A DNA stretch of 63,874 bases, the filler included, from Malassezia furfur (taxonomy: Eukaryota): assembly GCA_052055015.1 (NCBI GenBank). It is 5 parts of 5 records of this genome, joined end to end, with 100 filler letters (N's around TTAATTAATTAA, not from the genome) between each part and the next. Parts side by side here need not be neighbours in the genome. Positions count along the whole stretch, not along the records: positions 27,749 to 41,508 come from JBQJIT010000303.1; positions 41,609 to 55,360 come from JBQJIT010000304.1; 3 more parts are not named here. One strand, 5' to 3'. Under the pieces are notes generated by a model. It ran no database searches and was not told where the DNA came from. It saw only the letters and a program-made list of their open reading frames with translations. A program made the position numbers and the translations under genes. Positions 34,553 to 45,728 of this stretch are shown here, piece after piece (the first letter of the stretch is position 1; the number at the start of each line of letters is the position of its first letter).

Positions 34553-35617
34553 ATGTTCCACCTGCTCCGGGGCGCACAGTCGTATCGTCCCGTGCTGCGT
34601 TTTCCCAGTGCGCCTACATTCCGCTACTTCACCATGTCTGCTGCTAAAGAGAACCTTGCCACCAAGCCGTTTGCCGAGTCGGATGGCCGCTTTCGCCGTC
34701 AGAACGCCGCGTTCCGCGACGTGATCAAGCCGGGAAGCAAGTTCGAGCCCGAGGTCGGTCGCTACAAGCTGATCGTGTCGCTCGCCTGCCCGTGGGCGCA
34801 CCGTGTGCTTATCGTGCGCGCCCTCAAGCGCATGGATGAGGTCGAGAACCTGCTCCCTGTCACCATCGTCGACACCTTCCTCGGCGAGAAGGGCTGGTGC
34901 CTGGGCGACTCGGGCGTGGACCGTCCGCACGTCCCGGGCTCGGGCCCGAAAATCCCTGGGCATGAAAATGCGCGTCACCTGCGCGAGCTCTACCTCGTTG
35001 CAGACCCTGGATACAGCCTGCGCCCGACGGTGCCTGTTATTTGGGACACTAAGCACAACACCATCGTGAACAATGAATCGTCCGAGATCATTCGCTTCAT
35101 CGACTCCGCCTTCGACCAATTCCTGCCGAAGGAGGTGCAGGGCATTACCTACTACCCTGAGGAGCTCCGCTCGGAAATCGACGAGTTCAACGGCTGGGTC
35201 TACCCGAACATCAACAACGGTGTGTACAAGAGCGGCTTTGCAACCAACATGGAGGCCTACCTGGAGAACGTCAAGCCGCTCTTCGAAGCGCTCCAGCGCG
35301 CCGACCGCCACTTGGAGGGCAAGCAGTATGCGATCGGCGACCGCTTGACCGAGGCAGATATCCGTCTGTACACGACGATTGTGCGCTTCGACCCTGTGTA
35401 TTATGGCCACTTCAAGTGCAACCTGCACCAGATCCGTGATGGCACATTCCCGAACCTGCATCGCTGGCTGCGTCAACTGTACTGGAACAACCCGGCGTTC
35501 AAGAACACGACCGATTTCGAGTCGATCAAGAAGCACTATTACGGCAGCCATGTCTCGATCAACCCCACGAGTGTCGTGCCGATTGGCCCTGACCCGAACG
35601 TCGAACCGCTGGACTAA
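34553..35617 (+). CDS. ECM4: Glutathionyl-hydroquinone reductase / omega-like GST (Ecm4/Gto family)
   Basis: GRYKLIVSLACPWAHR, TVPVIWD..TIVNNESSEIIR, NNGVYKSGFA, HFKCN; second ATG at 34634. Confidence 0.9.
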   Translation: MFHLLRGAQSYRPVLRFPSAPTFRYFTMSAAKENLATKPFAESDGRFRRQNAAFRDVIKPGSKFEPEVGRYKLIVSLACPWAHRVLIVRALKRMDEVENLLPVTIVDTFLGEKGWCLGDSGVDRPHVPGSGPKIPGHENARHLRELYLVADPGYSLRPTVPVIWDTKHNTIVNNESSEIIRFIDSAFDQFLPKEVQGITYYPEELRSEIDEFNGWVYPNINNGVYKSGFATNMEAYLENVKPLFEALQRADRHLEGKQYAIGDRLTEADIRLYTTIVRFDPVYYGHFKCNLHQIRDGTFPNLHRWLRQLYWNNPAFKNTTDFESIKKHYYGSHVSINPTSVVPIGPDPNVEPLD

Positions 35618-36080
35618 CCTACATAGTATGTAAATTGCGCCAACATGGCAATCATAGACGAGCCTGAGTAAGCGCTGCACGTACTGGCTACAATCATCGG
35701 ACTCATTGATCCGGGCACCGCGGCGAGCGTGCCATAGTGGACAAATTCCGAGGTGAAGTGCACAAAGGCAATGATGAATGTGCCCAGGCACATGAGGTAT
35801 GCACTGTGTGAGCAGCGCCCGACCTACCTTCGGTCTTGGATGTTGTACGCGGCGTAAATACGGATCATCGCCGACGTCAGGTTCCATATCGCAAATAGAC
35901 GCGCCGACAGCGGGGTGACTTGTGCCTGGCCGGTCGACGAGGAATACACCTTGGTGCTAAACGAGGGCTTCGCGATGTTCTGTAGGCCATTCAGCGTGGC
36001 CACGGCGCCAACAATGAGGAGCCATTTGGGCAGCAGTCCGGCGGGCACTGGTCAGTGGGGTGTCACCTACGAAGATCCAT
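35614..36080 (-). CDS. ERG28: Ergosterol biosynthesis scaffold Erg28, 4 exons
   Basis: GLLPKWLL, VTPLSARLFAIWNLTSAMIRIYAAYNI, HFTSE, SPMIVAS; introns 36048-36070, 35804-35827, 35664-35684. Confidence 0.9.
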
Positions 36081-36125
36081 CGTAGTGGAGGGATTAGCCG
36101 AATCCGGTCGTTTTCACACTCAAAC

Positions 36126-36707
36126 ATGACCCCACAGGAATCGCCGGCAGTATTGCCGGCGCCGAACCGTGCGCCGCCCGACATGCGGCCATACCGCCTG
36201 AATGGGACACAGGACATGCTGGAGCTGTTCGACTTGATGCCCTTGTACGATCGAGCTGTTCGGCCCTACCTCCGGCCGGACCCGTCGGCGCCGCCGACTA
36301 CTACGCCTGGCTCCGAGCCCGGTTCTGCGCCCGCTCGACCGGATGCCGACACGAAACGAACAACGCTACCTAAGACTTTTGTACACTATGTGGAAGATCT
36401 CCCGGGCAAGGTTCGTCCACCTAAGCGCACCGGGGCCGCAAAGCACCAGCCCAAGGAACTCAGCCAACTCTTGATGAAGCCCGAATACACCTATACCCCG
36501 ATTGTCCCGTTCGATGCAGATACACTGCGGCATGCGTTTTCGGTTAAGCCCTCGTCTACACCCGCGCCCGGTATCGACGTGAGCATGCTCGAAGCCGATG
36601 AGCAAGAGTCGCCCATGCCAAAGAAGAAAAAGGCGGCGCCCACCAACGACCGGCCCGACCAGCGCAAGAAACGCGTCGTGTTGATCAGCAAGAAAAAAGC
36701 CCAGTAA
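36126..36707 (+). CDS. MED19: Mediator subunit Med19/Rox3
   Basis: LNGTQDMLELFDL..Y; LPKTFVHYVEDLPGK; basic C-terminal tail. Confidence 0.7.
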   Translation: MTPQESPAVLPAPNRAPPDMRPYRLNGTQDMLELFDLMPLYDRAVRPYLRPDPSAPPTTTPGSEPGSAPARPDADTKRTTLPKTFVHYVEDLPGKVRPPKRTGAAKHQPKELSQLLMKPEYTYTPIVPFDADTLRHAFSVKPSSTPAPGIDVSMLEADEQESPMPKKKKAAPTNDRPDQRKKRVVLISKKKAQ

Positions 36708-36723
36708 CGGCATTGTACCATAG

Positions 36724-37714
36724 CTACGAGAATACCTTGGAGCGACTCAGCTCGCTCTCCTCGCCCTTGTACCGATCTTTCTTGGCACGGAAACTCTGCG
36801 CCTGGAGCACGCGGTTGGTATACGCAGCACCCTTCTCCTGGCGTGTCGCACGGCGAATCGCCGCAGGTGTGATGTATTCAGGGTTGTCAAACAGCGTCGG
36901 TCCGCCAAAGCTGCCCTCAAAGATCCGGATCGGCGTCATGACCATACGCGGCCCGATCTCGACAAGTGTAGGCTCAACGGGCGCCCCCTTGGCTGCACGC
37001 TTGGGCTTCTCGGTGCTGCCCTCGGCCTCGGCAGCAGCCTCGGCCGCGGCCGTTGCGCCAGGGTCCTTTTCGATGATCTGGAAGTTGCGGAACCACACCT
37101 TGTTGTCCAGAATACTGAACGTCAACACATGGTCGACAAAAGGCTTGGCACGGCGCGCAGTGCGCGGTACGGCAAACATTTGCGTCAGAAGCTCCTTCAT
37201 GAGCTTCCAGTGCGGCTCCGCGTCGAAACCGGCGTCAAAGCTCAAAATGTGACGAGATCCCTTGAGACAGTTGCCAGTCATCTTCAGCTCGTCCATCGTG
37301 TGGATGTTTTGGATCTGAAGCTTCGCAGACGGGCCATTCGGTGTCTTGGAGAGCCACAGGTAGAGATCCTCGTGCCGCCGACACTCAAAGTACATACAGT
37401 TCTGTGTGAGCCATGGAAACGTACATTGCAGTTGTTCAGCTCGGCCAGCTCGTTTAGGATCGACAGATCCGACTTCGAATCGAGCTTGGAGTCTGGAGTG
37501 AGATGTGCGACATACCTTTCTTGGCATGGGGAAGCAGCGCTTCGAGGTCGTTCACGAGGTGACGCATCCGCGTCGTGACGCCGCGCGAGGGAAGCACAAG
37601 CACGCGCTGTTTATTCCGACGGATCTTTTGCGAATCATCTTCCGCGTCCTCTGCGCCGCGCTTCTTGTTCGAAGCCACGTCGCGCTTCAGCGCAGCACTG
37701 TACACTGTAGACAT
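36724..37714 (-). CDS. BRX1: Ribosome biogenesis protein Brx1
   Basis: NKQRVLVL.SRGVT.RMRHL, LNELAELNNCNN, NGPS, ELKMTGNCLKGSR, LVEIGPR, IFEGSFGG; 23-nt introns 37493-37515 and 37402-37424. Confidence 0.93.
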
Positions 37715-37992
37715 GGCAAGATGGGCTGCTGCATGCAGCCACTCCTCACTTTTTTCTAGCGCATCCCGCACGTGACAGGTTCCTGGGCGGGCCCCATGCG
37801 CGAGCTGCTCAGCAAGCAGGTGCGTGAGCAGGGCCCGACTAGGGCGTACGGCTAAGCACTATGTACGACTATAGAGGCCGTAGAGAACGTCTGACACGCA
37901 TACCTTGACTTTCGTCCATTTCTGGTGCTTGCGTAAAACAACGACTCTGGTTGGTCGTTCGTGGAGGTTACTCCAAGCGATATCCTGTAGGC

Positions 37993-38344
37993 ATGCCGGG
38001 TGGTGCGCGCAACTGGGCTCGCGCGTTTACGGGCTCTGCGGTGATTATTGGAATTGGTGTTGCGTTGCTGAAGTGTACGTGCGATCGAGACGGGCATGCT
38101 GACTCCAGATACGGTCCCCAATGAGAAGGAGATGTACGATGTGAGTTTGCGAACGCAACCCCCGGTACTGACGCATCCAGAACCTGCCACCGGATCTGAA
38201 GCGGCAAGTGGACGCCAAGCGGCGTGTGCAGACAGAAGCCGAGTTTATCAAGACAATGAAGGAGGAGCATGAAGAGGTACGCCAGCCGCGTACTGACCCC
38301 AGCTTGCCAAGCTACAGGATTCTGCCAAGCCCAAATGGGTGTGA
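37993..38344 (+). CDS. CBP4: Cytochrome bc1 assembly factor Cbp4-like, 4 exons
   Basis: Spliced MPGGARNWARAFTGSAVIIGIGVALLKYTVPNEKEMYDNLPPDLKR..DSAKPKWV*; introns 38075-38108, 38141-38180, 38277-38302. Confidence 0.75.
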
Positions 38345-38732
38345 TCAACGCGCCCATTGCAAGAAGAGGGTGGCTACGGGTGGCTCCCATTTGAGCACAA
38401 ACAGTCGCGTCTTCGTAGCGAGCATGATACCGGCCGCTGTCCTTTGCGCCATCTGTGGCACGTCCCCACGACTGCAACATGCGGCCTTACGGCTGCGCTG
38501 CAGCGTTCCTGCCTCGCACACACGCTGCTGCACTCAACTACGTAGACAGCCATCCATACCGATTCTAGTTATGGGCGGAATATATTTTTGGATTCACAAA
38601 GACGTACGTCTCTGGGGCATAAGGTTGGAGGTACAGAATGGGTAAGGATACAAGCGACCCACGCGTCCTGTACACGCTGGCCATCGGCTTGGTACCCCCA
38701 ACGTCCAAAGCAAGTGCGATACACGCACACGC

Positions 38733-39243
38733 TTAAGAACGGGGCTTCTCCTTCTTCTCCTTGAAGAGGGCAGCAAGACCGACACCGGAGACCTTCACGA
38801 CCTTGAAACGCACACCGGGAATGTCACCCTTGGCCTTGCCCTTGCGACCGAAACCGGAGATGAGCACCTCGTCGTTCTCTGTGGGTTAGCCTCCTGAACT
38901 GATAAGGCAGTACGTACCGTCCACAAAGTTGAGACAGCCGTCGAGCGGCACGAAGGCGGACACCTTCTTACCGTTCTTGATAAGCTGAACGCGGACACAC
39001 TTGCGGATGGCCGAGTTGGGCTGCTTGGCCTCGACACCGATCTTCTCAAGAACAATGCCCTTGGCGTGCGAGGCACCACCAGTCGGCGAGGTCTTGTAGA
39101 AGTTGCCGAGCGTGCGCTTCTTGAAGTGAGCGTCACTCTGTGGTGTTAGTAGACTGCCACAACAGTGTCATACATACCCAGCGGTTGTCCCGGCGGTCGC
39201 TAACCTGCTTGCGGGCTGTGTACAATCCCCTAGGCTTGCCCAT
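38733..39243 (-). CDS. RPS23: 40S ribosomal protein uS12 (S23)
   Basis: [60 protein letters not shown]; introns 39138-39177 and 38879-38917. Confidence 0.96.
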
Positions 39244-39305
39244 CTTGGTGTGCTTGAGTTGGAGAGCGTTGTCCTTGGCCACACCACTTTTTGCCCGCCG
39301 ACAAA

Positions 39306-39339
39306 CACGTGACATTACCAAAACTATATTCATCACGTG
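39306..39339. promoter_or_regulatory. Two CACGTGA E-boxes in the divergent RPS23/RPL27 promoter
   Basis: CACGTG at 39306-39311 and 39334-39339; the same motif recurs in many intergenic regions. Confidence 0.55.
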
Positions 39340-39412
39340 AGCCAAAGGGTGGGGGTCGGCACGTCCTAGGCAAACTTCCTTACCTACGCTTCGTCAAGGA
39401 CCTGGATACACC

Positions 39413-40068
39413 ATGCCGAAGATTTACAAGGTATGTACTTCGTGTGCGCCATACAGACACTAACACTCAACAGCCCGGGAAGGTTGCGTACGTACTCACC
39501 GTTGTGGAAAAAATGGGATGCTAACCTCGCGCAGGGTCGTCTTGCAGGGTCGGCACGCCGGCAAGAAGGTGTGTACAGAGTGACCTGGCGCTTGCGTGCA
39601 GCACCATGTGCGGTTTGTACCGTTGCATGGGCGCTACATTGCGTGCGCCAGCGCGATGCGTTAGGACAGTGGCTGACCGTTCAGGTTGTCGTCATCAAGC
39701 AGTTTGACGAGGGCAACAAGGAGCACGGCTTCCCCTACGTGATTGCGGCCGGCATTGAGCGCTACCCGCTCAAGGTCAACAAGCGTATGGGCGCCAAGAA
39801 GCTCGCTCGCCGCAGCAAGATCAAGCCTTTCGTGAAGGTGATCAACTACAACCACCTCTTCCCGACTCGCTACGCTCTTGAGCTCGAGGGTCTGAAGGGT
39901 GTGGCCACCAACGACACCTTCAAGGAGGTCTCGCAGCGCGAGGCCGCCAAGAAGGAGATCAAGAAGCTCTTCGAGGAGCGCTACCAGAGCGGCAAGAACC
40001 GGTGGTTCTTCACTCCCCTGCGCGTACGTAACGAGCGCAAGTGCGTTTTACTTACCCTACAGTTCTAA
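39413..40068 (+). CDS. RPL27: 60S ribosomal protein eL27, 5 exons
   Basis: MPKIYKPGKVAVVLQGRHAGKKVVVIK..GIERYP..NYNHLFPTRY..GKNRWFFTPLRF*; introns 39431-39473, 39488-39534, 39569-39684, 40024-40062. Confidence 0.95.
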
Positions 40069-40242
40069 ACATGTCGCGCTTCTCCGTCTGGATCTTCTCC
40101 GCGGCTGCGGGGCCGTGTACTTCTCTTTGTAGCTACAGTGGCTAGTCGGCACTGGGCCGCAGGACAAAAATAGCATGCCAACGACTGCGACCATTCTTGG
40201 TTCAAAGAAGATTTTGGGGCACGTGGCTTTCCGTTCCATACC

Positions 40243-41508
40243 ATGGCGGAGGTGTACCAGGCGACGTGCACTGCGCCGGTGAACATTGCCGTGATCAAGT
40301 ACTGGGGCAAGCGCGACACGCGTCTTATCCTCCCCACGAATGACAGCCTCAGTGTGACGCTGGACCAGGACCACCTGCGCACCGTCACGACGGCGCGTGC
40401 CGATTCTTCCTTCCAGGCCGGCGCGCGGCTCTGGCTGAACGGCGTCGAGGACGAGATCAAGGCGGGCGGCCGCCTGGATGCGTGCCTCGTCGAGCTGCGC
40501 CGGCTGCGTGCTGAGCGCGAGGCGGCGGACGCGTCGCTCCCCAAAATGTCGGAGTGGGGCCTGCACCTGTGCTCCGAAAACAACTTCCCCACGGCTGCCG
40601 GCCTGGCGTCGTCCGCGTCCGGTTTTGCCGCACTGGCGGTGACGGTCGCGACGCTGTACGGGCTGGACGACGTGCTTTCTCCCTCGCAGCTGTCTATGAT
40701 TGCGCGGCGCGGGAGTGGCTCGGCGTGCCGCTCCGTGTTTGGCGGCTTCGTCGCGTGGGAGTCCGGCACGAAGGACGACGGCAGCGACTCGCTCGCGGTG
40801 CCGGTCGCTGAGCGCGACCACTGGCCCGACCTGGACGTACTGATCTGTGTCGTGAACGACGGCAAGAAGGGCACGTCGTCGACGAGCGGCATGCAGCGCA
40901 CCGTCGAGACGTCGCCGCTGCTGCAGCACCGCATCAAGCATGTCGTGCCGGAGCGCATGGCCAAGATGCGCGATGCGATTGCGCAGCGTGACTTTGGCGC
41001 TTTCACCGCGTTGACGACCGCGGACTCGAACGACTTCCACGCGTGCTGCCTGGACACCGCTCCTCCGATCTTTTACATGAACGACACGTCGCGTGGCATC
41101 GTGCACCTGATCGAGGAGGCGAACCGCGCGCGTGCTGAGGAGGGCAAGGAGCCGCTCGCCGCGTACACGTTTGACGCGGGCCCCAATGCGGTGCTGTACG
41201 TGCGCAAGGGTGAGGATGCGAATACCGTGCTGCGCCTCGTGCGGCATTACTTCCCCGGTGCCGACTTTGAGGATACATTCAACCTGCTGGGCGGCGGCGC
41301 CGGTGCGTCGCACCGCGACGACACGGAGCCGCAGGCGCTGCCGACGCTCGCCGCTTCGTTCAACCAGGAGGTGATCCCCGTGCACCCCGTGGGCAGCGTG
41401 CGGCGGCTCATCCACACGCGCGTCGGCGACGGCCCGCGCGTGCTCGAGCGTGGCCTGGGCAAGGAGTCGTTGCTCAAGGAAGACGGAACGCCCGTGCGTC
41501 TGCAGCGT
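40243..41508 (+). CDS. MVD1: Diphosphomevalonate decarboxylase, copy 1 (ends at gap just before stop)
   Basis: APVNIAVIKYWGKRD, NNFPTAAGLASSASG, GSGSACRS, YTFDAGPNA. Confidence 0.95.
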
Positions 41509-41608
41509 NNNNNNNNNNNNNNNNNNNNNNNNNNNNNNNNNNNNNNNNNNNNTTAATTAATTAANNNNNNNNNNNNNNNNNNNNNNNNNNNNNNNNNNNN
41601 NNNNNNNN
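41509..41608. other. Assembly gap/linker
   Basis: N44-TTAATTAATTAA-N44. Confidence 0.97.
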
Positions 41609-42879
41609 TGTACCAGGCGACGTGCACTGCGCCGGTGAACATTGCCGTGATCAAGTACTGGGGTAAGCGCGACACGCGTCTCATTCTCCCTACGAATGAC
41701 AGTCTTAGTGTGACCCTAGACCAGGACCACCTGCGCACTGTCACCACGGCGCGCGCCGATCCTTCTTTCCAAGCTGGCGCGCGGCTCTGGCTCAACGGTG
41801 TCGAGGACGAGATCAAGGCGGGCGGCCGCCTGGATGCATGCCTCGTTGAGCTCCGTCGCCTGCGCGCCGAGCGCGAGGCGTCTGATGCGTCGCTTCCCAA
41901 AATGTCCGAGTGGGGCCTGCACCTGTGCTCCGAAAACAACTTCCCCACGGCCGCCGGCCTGGCGTCGTCCGCGTCGGGTTTCGCTGCACTGGCGGTGACG
42001 GTCGCGACGCTGTACGGTCTGGACGACGTGCTGTCCCCCTCGCAACTGTCGATGATTGCGCGGCGCGGGAGTGGTTCGGCGTGTCGCTCCGTGTTTGGCG
42101 GCTTCGTCGCGTGGGAGTCGGGCACGAAGGACGACGGCAGCGACTCGCTCGCGGTGCCGGTCGCCGAGCGTGACCACTGGCCCGACCTCGACGTGCTGAT
42201 TTGCGTGGTCAACGATGGCAAGAAGGGCACGTCGTCGACGAGCGGCATGCAGCGCACCGTCGAGACGTCGCCGCTGCTGCAGCATCGCATCAAGCATGTC
42301 GTGCCGGAGCGCATGGCCAAGATGCGCGAGGCCATTGCACAGCGTGACTTTGGCGCATTCACCGCGCTGACGACCGCCGACTCGAACGACTTCCATGCGT
42401 GCTGCCTGGATACGGCCCCGCCGATCTTTTACATGAACGACACTTCGCGTGGGATTGTGCACCTGATTGAGGAGGCGAATCGTGCGCGTGCCGAGGAGGG
42501 CAAGGAGCCGCTTGCGGCGTACACCTTTGACGCGGGTCCCAACGCGGTGCTGTACGTGCGCAAGGGCGAGGACGCGAATACCGTGCTGCGCCTTGTGCGG
42601 CACTACTTCCCCGGCGCCGACTTTGAGGACACGTTCAACCTGCTTGGCGGCGGCGCCGGTGCGTCGCACCGCAGCGATGCGGAGCCGCAGGCGCTGCCGA
42701 CGCTCCCCGCCTCCTTCAACCAGGAGGTGATCCCCGTGCACCCCGCGGGTAGCGTGCGGCGGCTCATCCACACCCGCGTCGGCGATGGCCCGCGCGTGCT
42801 CGAGCGCGGTCTGGGCAAAGAGTCGCTTCTCAAGGAGGATGGAACGCCTGTGCGTCTGCAGCGTGCCAAGCGTGCCTAA
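41609..42879 (+). CDS. MVD1: Diphosphomevalonate decarboxylase, copy 2 (first codons lost in gap)
   Basis: Same protein with 7 aa differences and many synonymous changes. Confidence 0.95.
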
Positions 42880-42888
42880 AACTCTAAT

Positions 42889-43715
42889 CTACATAGGGAG
42901 CAGCCGATACTGCACCAACACTGCGTCAGTCGTTTCCACGTACGTTTTTCGATCGCACTGCGCAGTGCGTCATTGTCGATGCCGCGTGTGCGGCGCACCC
43001 GCTCGCCCAGCTCTTCGTGTGTCGTGGGCGGTGCCGGTGCTGGCGCATCGGCGGCGTCGGGCGCACTGGCCCGCGGTGGCGGCAACGGCGGCTCGTACGT
43101 TTCGCGTTCTGTGCAGTTAACGAGGGGGTGCCGCGTCGCATACTGCACCCATGGCCCCCGCCAGATTTCGTGAAGCACGCCGCGAAGCGTCATGCCGGCG
43201 GTGCCAGGGATGGCGCTGGCGCTCGCAAAGTTGGCGAGCGCGCCCTTGGCGTTGCGCGTCGGTGGGGGGTCTGTTACCATGACAAACGTGTACATCGAGG
43301 GGGTCTGTAGGTGCGATAGGGTATACGTGGACGTGGAAAAGTTGTAGAACTGCTCGTGCTTCCCCCCCAGCTTGCGCACGAGGTTTCGGAGAGAGTACAC
43401 GAGGCCGTAGATGAGCTTGGCCTCCTGGTCAAATGGTAGCAGTCCCGAGTCGGTCGGATCCTGCGTCACGTTGCGGCTCACGCCCGGGAGCGCGTCGCCG
43501 GCGGGCCGCAGCGCCTGGGCGCCCGCCTCGGGTTTGGTGGGGTCCGGCTGTGCGCCTACGCGCTGGAGCGTCGCACCGAGCGACGACGTGAACGATGCGG
43601 GCCCCTGCTGGTACAGGTGCGACCAGTCCTGGTGGTAGATGGCATCGCAGTGCCGATCAAAGATCCACAACGAATACACCTGCGTGAGCGGTGCCCCACG
43701 TACCTTGAGCGCCAT
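42889..43715 (-). CDS. BET5: TRAPP small subunit Bet5 (TRAPPC1, sybindin family)
   Basis: VYSLWIFDRHC, EAKLIYGLVYSLRNLVRKL, TSTYTLSHLQTPS..FVMVTDP; introns 43680-43703 and 42921-42943. Confidence 0.85.
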
Positions 43716-43756
43716 GGTGCGGTGGAGCTACGCACGTGACTGCGTCTTCCGACACG

Positions 43757-45708
43757 ATGTTCGGTGCGCGAGTGGTCCGTGGGGCGCTGGTCCTCGCGGC
43801 GGCGGCCGCGCCCGCGTGGGCATGGTACCTGCCGGGAAGTGCGCCGCGCTCGTTTGGAAGTGGTGACTCCGTACCTGTGCAGGTGAATGCGTTGCAGCCC
43901 ATGTCGGGTGCGACGCCCGTGCATGGTCTGGTGAGCTACGACTACTATGACGAGCGCCTCGGCTTCTGCAAGCCGCCGAACGGCACGTATGCGCAGTCGG
44001 GCAGCTTGGGCAGTATCCTTTTTGGTGACCGCATCTACAACAGCCCGATCGAAGTGCGCATGCTCCGCAATGAGAGCTGTGTCACGCTGTGCAAGGAGAC
44101 CGTCTCGACCGAGCAGGCGGCATTTCTGAACGAACGCATCACGGAGCGCTATGGAATCAACTGGATGGTCGATGGGCTCCCAGTCGCCGATGCAGGACTC
44201 ACCGGTATCGACGGCAACGTGCGCGCCAACTCGGTGGGCTTTGCGCTCGGCAGCATCCTCGATGCCGAGCTGCACCGCTTGCCGACGCCCGCACTGTACA
44301 ACCATTACCGTCTGAACGTATCGTACCACACACGCGGCCCAAACGAGTACCGTGTGGTCGGCGTCAACGTGATTCCGATGTCGATGAATTCGCTGCCGAA
44401 CGGCCTGGGCGGTGCTGTGACGTGCGATGCAGCGCAGCCCATGTTTGTGTCGAGCGAGACGCCGACGCCGATTGCGTACACCTATGACGTCGTCTGGACG
44501 CCGAGCAGCACGCCGTGGGCCACGCGCTGGGATGCATACTTGCATGTCGTCGACCCGCGCATCCACTGGTACTCGCTGCTCAACTCGCTTGCGATCGTTG
44601 CGTTGCTGTGTGTGATGGTGGGCCTGATCATGGCACGCGCCGTGCGCCGCGATATTTACCGGTACAATGCGATCGACCTCACCGAAGATATCCAGGAGGA
44701 CTACGGCTGGAAGCTGGTGCATGGCGAGGTGTTCCGTGCGCCGACCTCGCCGATGTTGCTCAGTGTCATGGCCGGCACCGGTGCGCAGCTGCTGGCGATT
44801 GCGATCGTGACGCTCTTTTTCGCGCTGCTCGGCTTCTTGAGCCCGTCGAATCGCGGGTCCCTCGCGACGATCATGATTGTGACATGGACGCTGTTCGGCT
44901 TTGTGTCCGGATGGGTGAGCGCCAAGGTGTACGCGAGCTTTGATGGGGAGCGCTGGCGACGCAACATGCTGCTCACCGCGACGCTCTTCCCCGCGATCAT
45001 CTTTGGCGCAATGAACTTGCTCAATCTGCTGCTCGTGTACAACCACTCGGCGGGGGCGGTGCCGTTCGGCACGCTGCTGGCGCTCGTCGCGCTGTGGTTC
45101 CTGATCAACGCGCCGCTGTCGTGCGCCGGCTCCTACTTCGGCCTGCGCTCCGGCGCGTTTGCGCACCCCGTGCGCGTGAACCAAATCCCGCGGCAGATTC
45201 CGCCCACCGCATGGTACCTGCGCCCATGGCCGTCGGCGCTGCTGTCCGGCATTCTGCCGTTCGGTGCGGCGTGGCTCGAGCTGTTCTTTATCATCAACTC
45301 GCTGTTTGGCAATCGCGTGTACTATGCCTTTGGCTTCCTGACGATGACCTTTTTGGTCACGGCGGCGGTACGTGACGCATCCTACTGACCCAGACCACGG
45401 CGACCGTGAGCATCCTTGCGTGCTACTTCCATTTGTGCGCCGAAGACTACCGGTGGCAGTGGCGCGCGTTTATCACGGGTGGCTCGAGCGCCTTTTGGCT
45501 GTTTGCGTACGGGGTACGTGTGTGTATGCTGACCCAGCTTTTCTACTGCTACACGCGCCTCAACCTGCCCGACATTTCGAGTCAGCTGCTCTTCCTGGGC
45601 TACCTGCTCGTCCTTTCCCTGCTCGACTTTTTGCTGTTCGGCTTTGTCGGGTTCATGGCGTGCTACGTGTGCGTCCGGACGATTTATAGCCACATCCGCG
45701 TCGATTAG
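43757..45708 (+). CDS. Transmembrane 9 superfamily / endomembrane protein 70
   Basis: Signal peptide, WYLPG.AP, IHWYS..NS, GWKLVHGEVFR, VNQIPRQIP, EDYRWQWRAF, IYSHIRVD; introns 45368-45393 and 45514-45537. Confidence 0.93.
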
Positions 45709-45728
45709 CCACGTGACCCTTGACGTCG

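Noticed and set aside
38345..38732. Small ORFs or an ncRNA between CBP4 and RPS23
   Set aside because: No recognisable protein motifs, codon bias, or C/D or H/ACA boxes; probably 3' UTR space.
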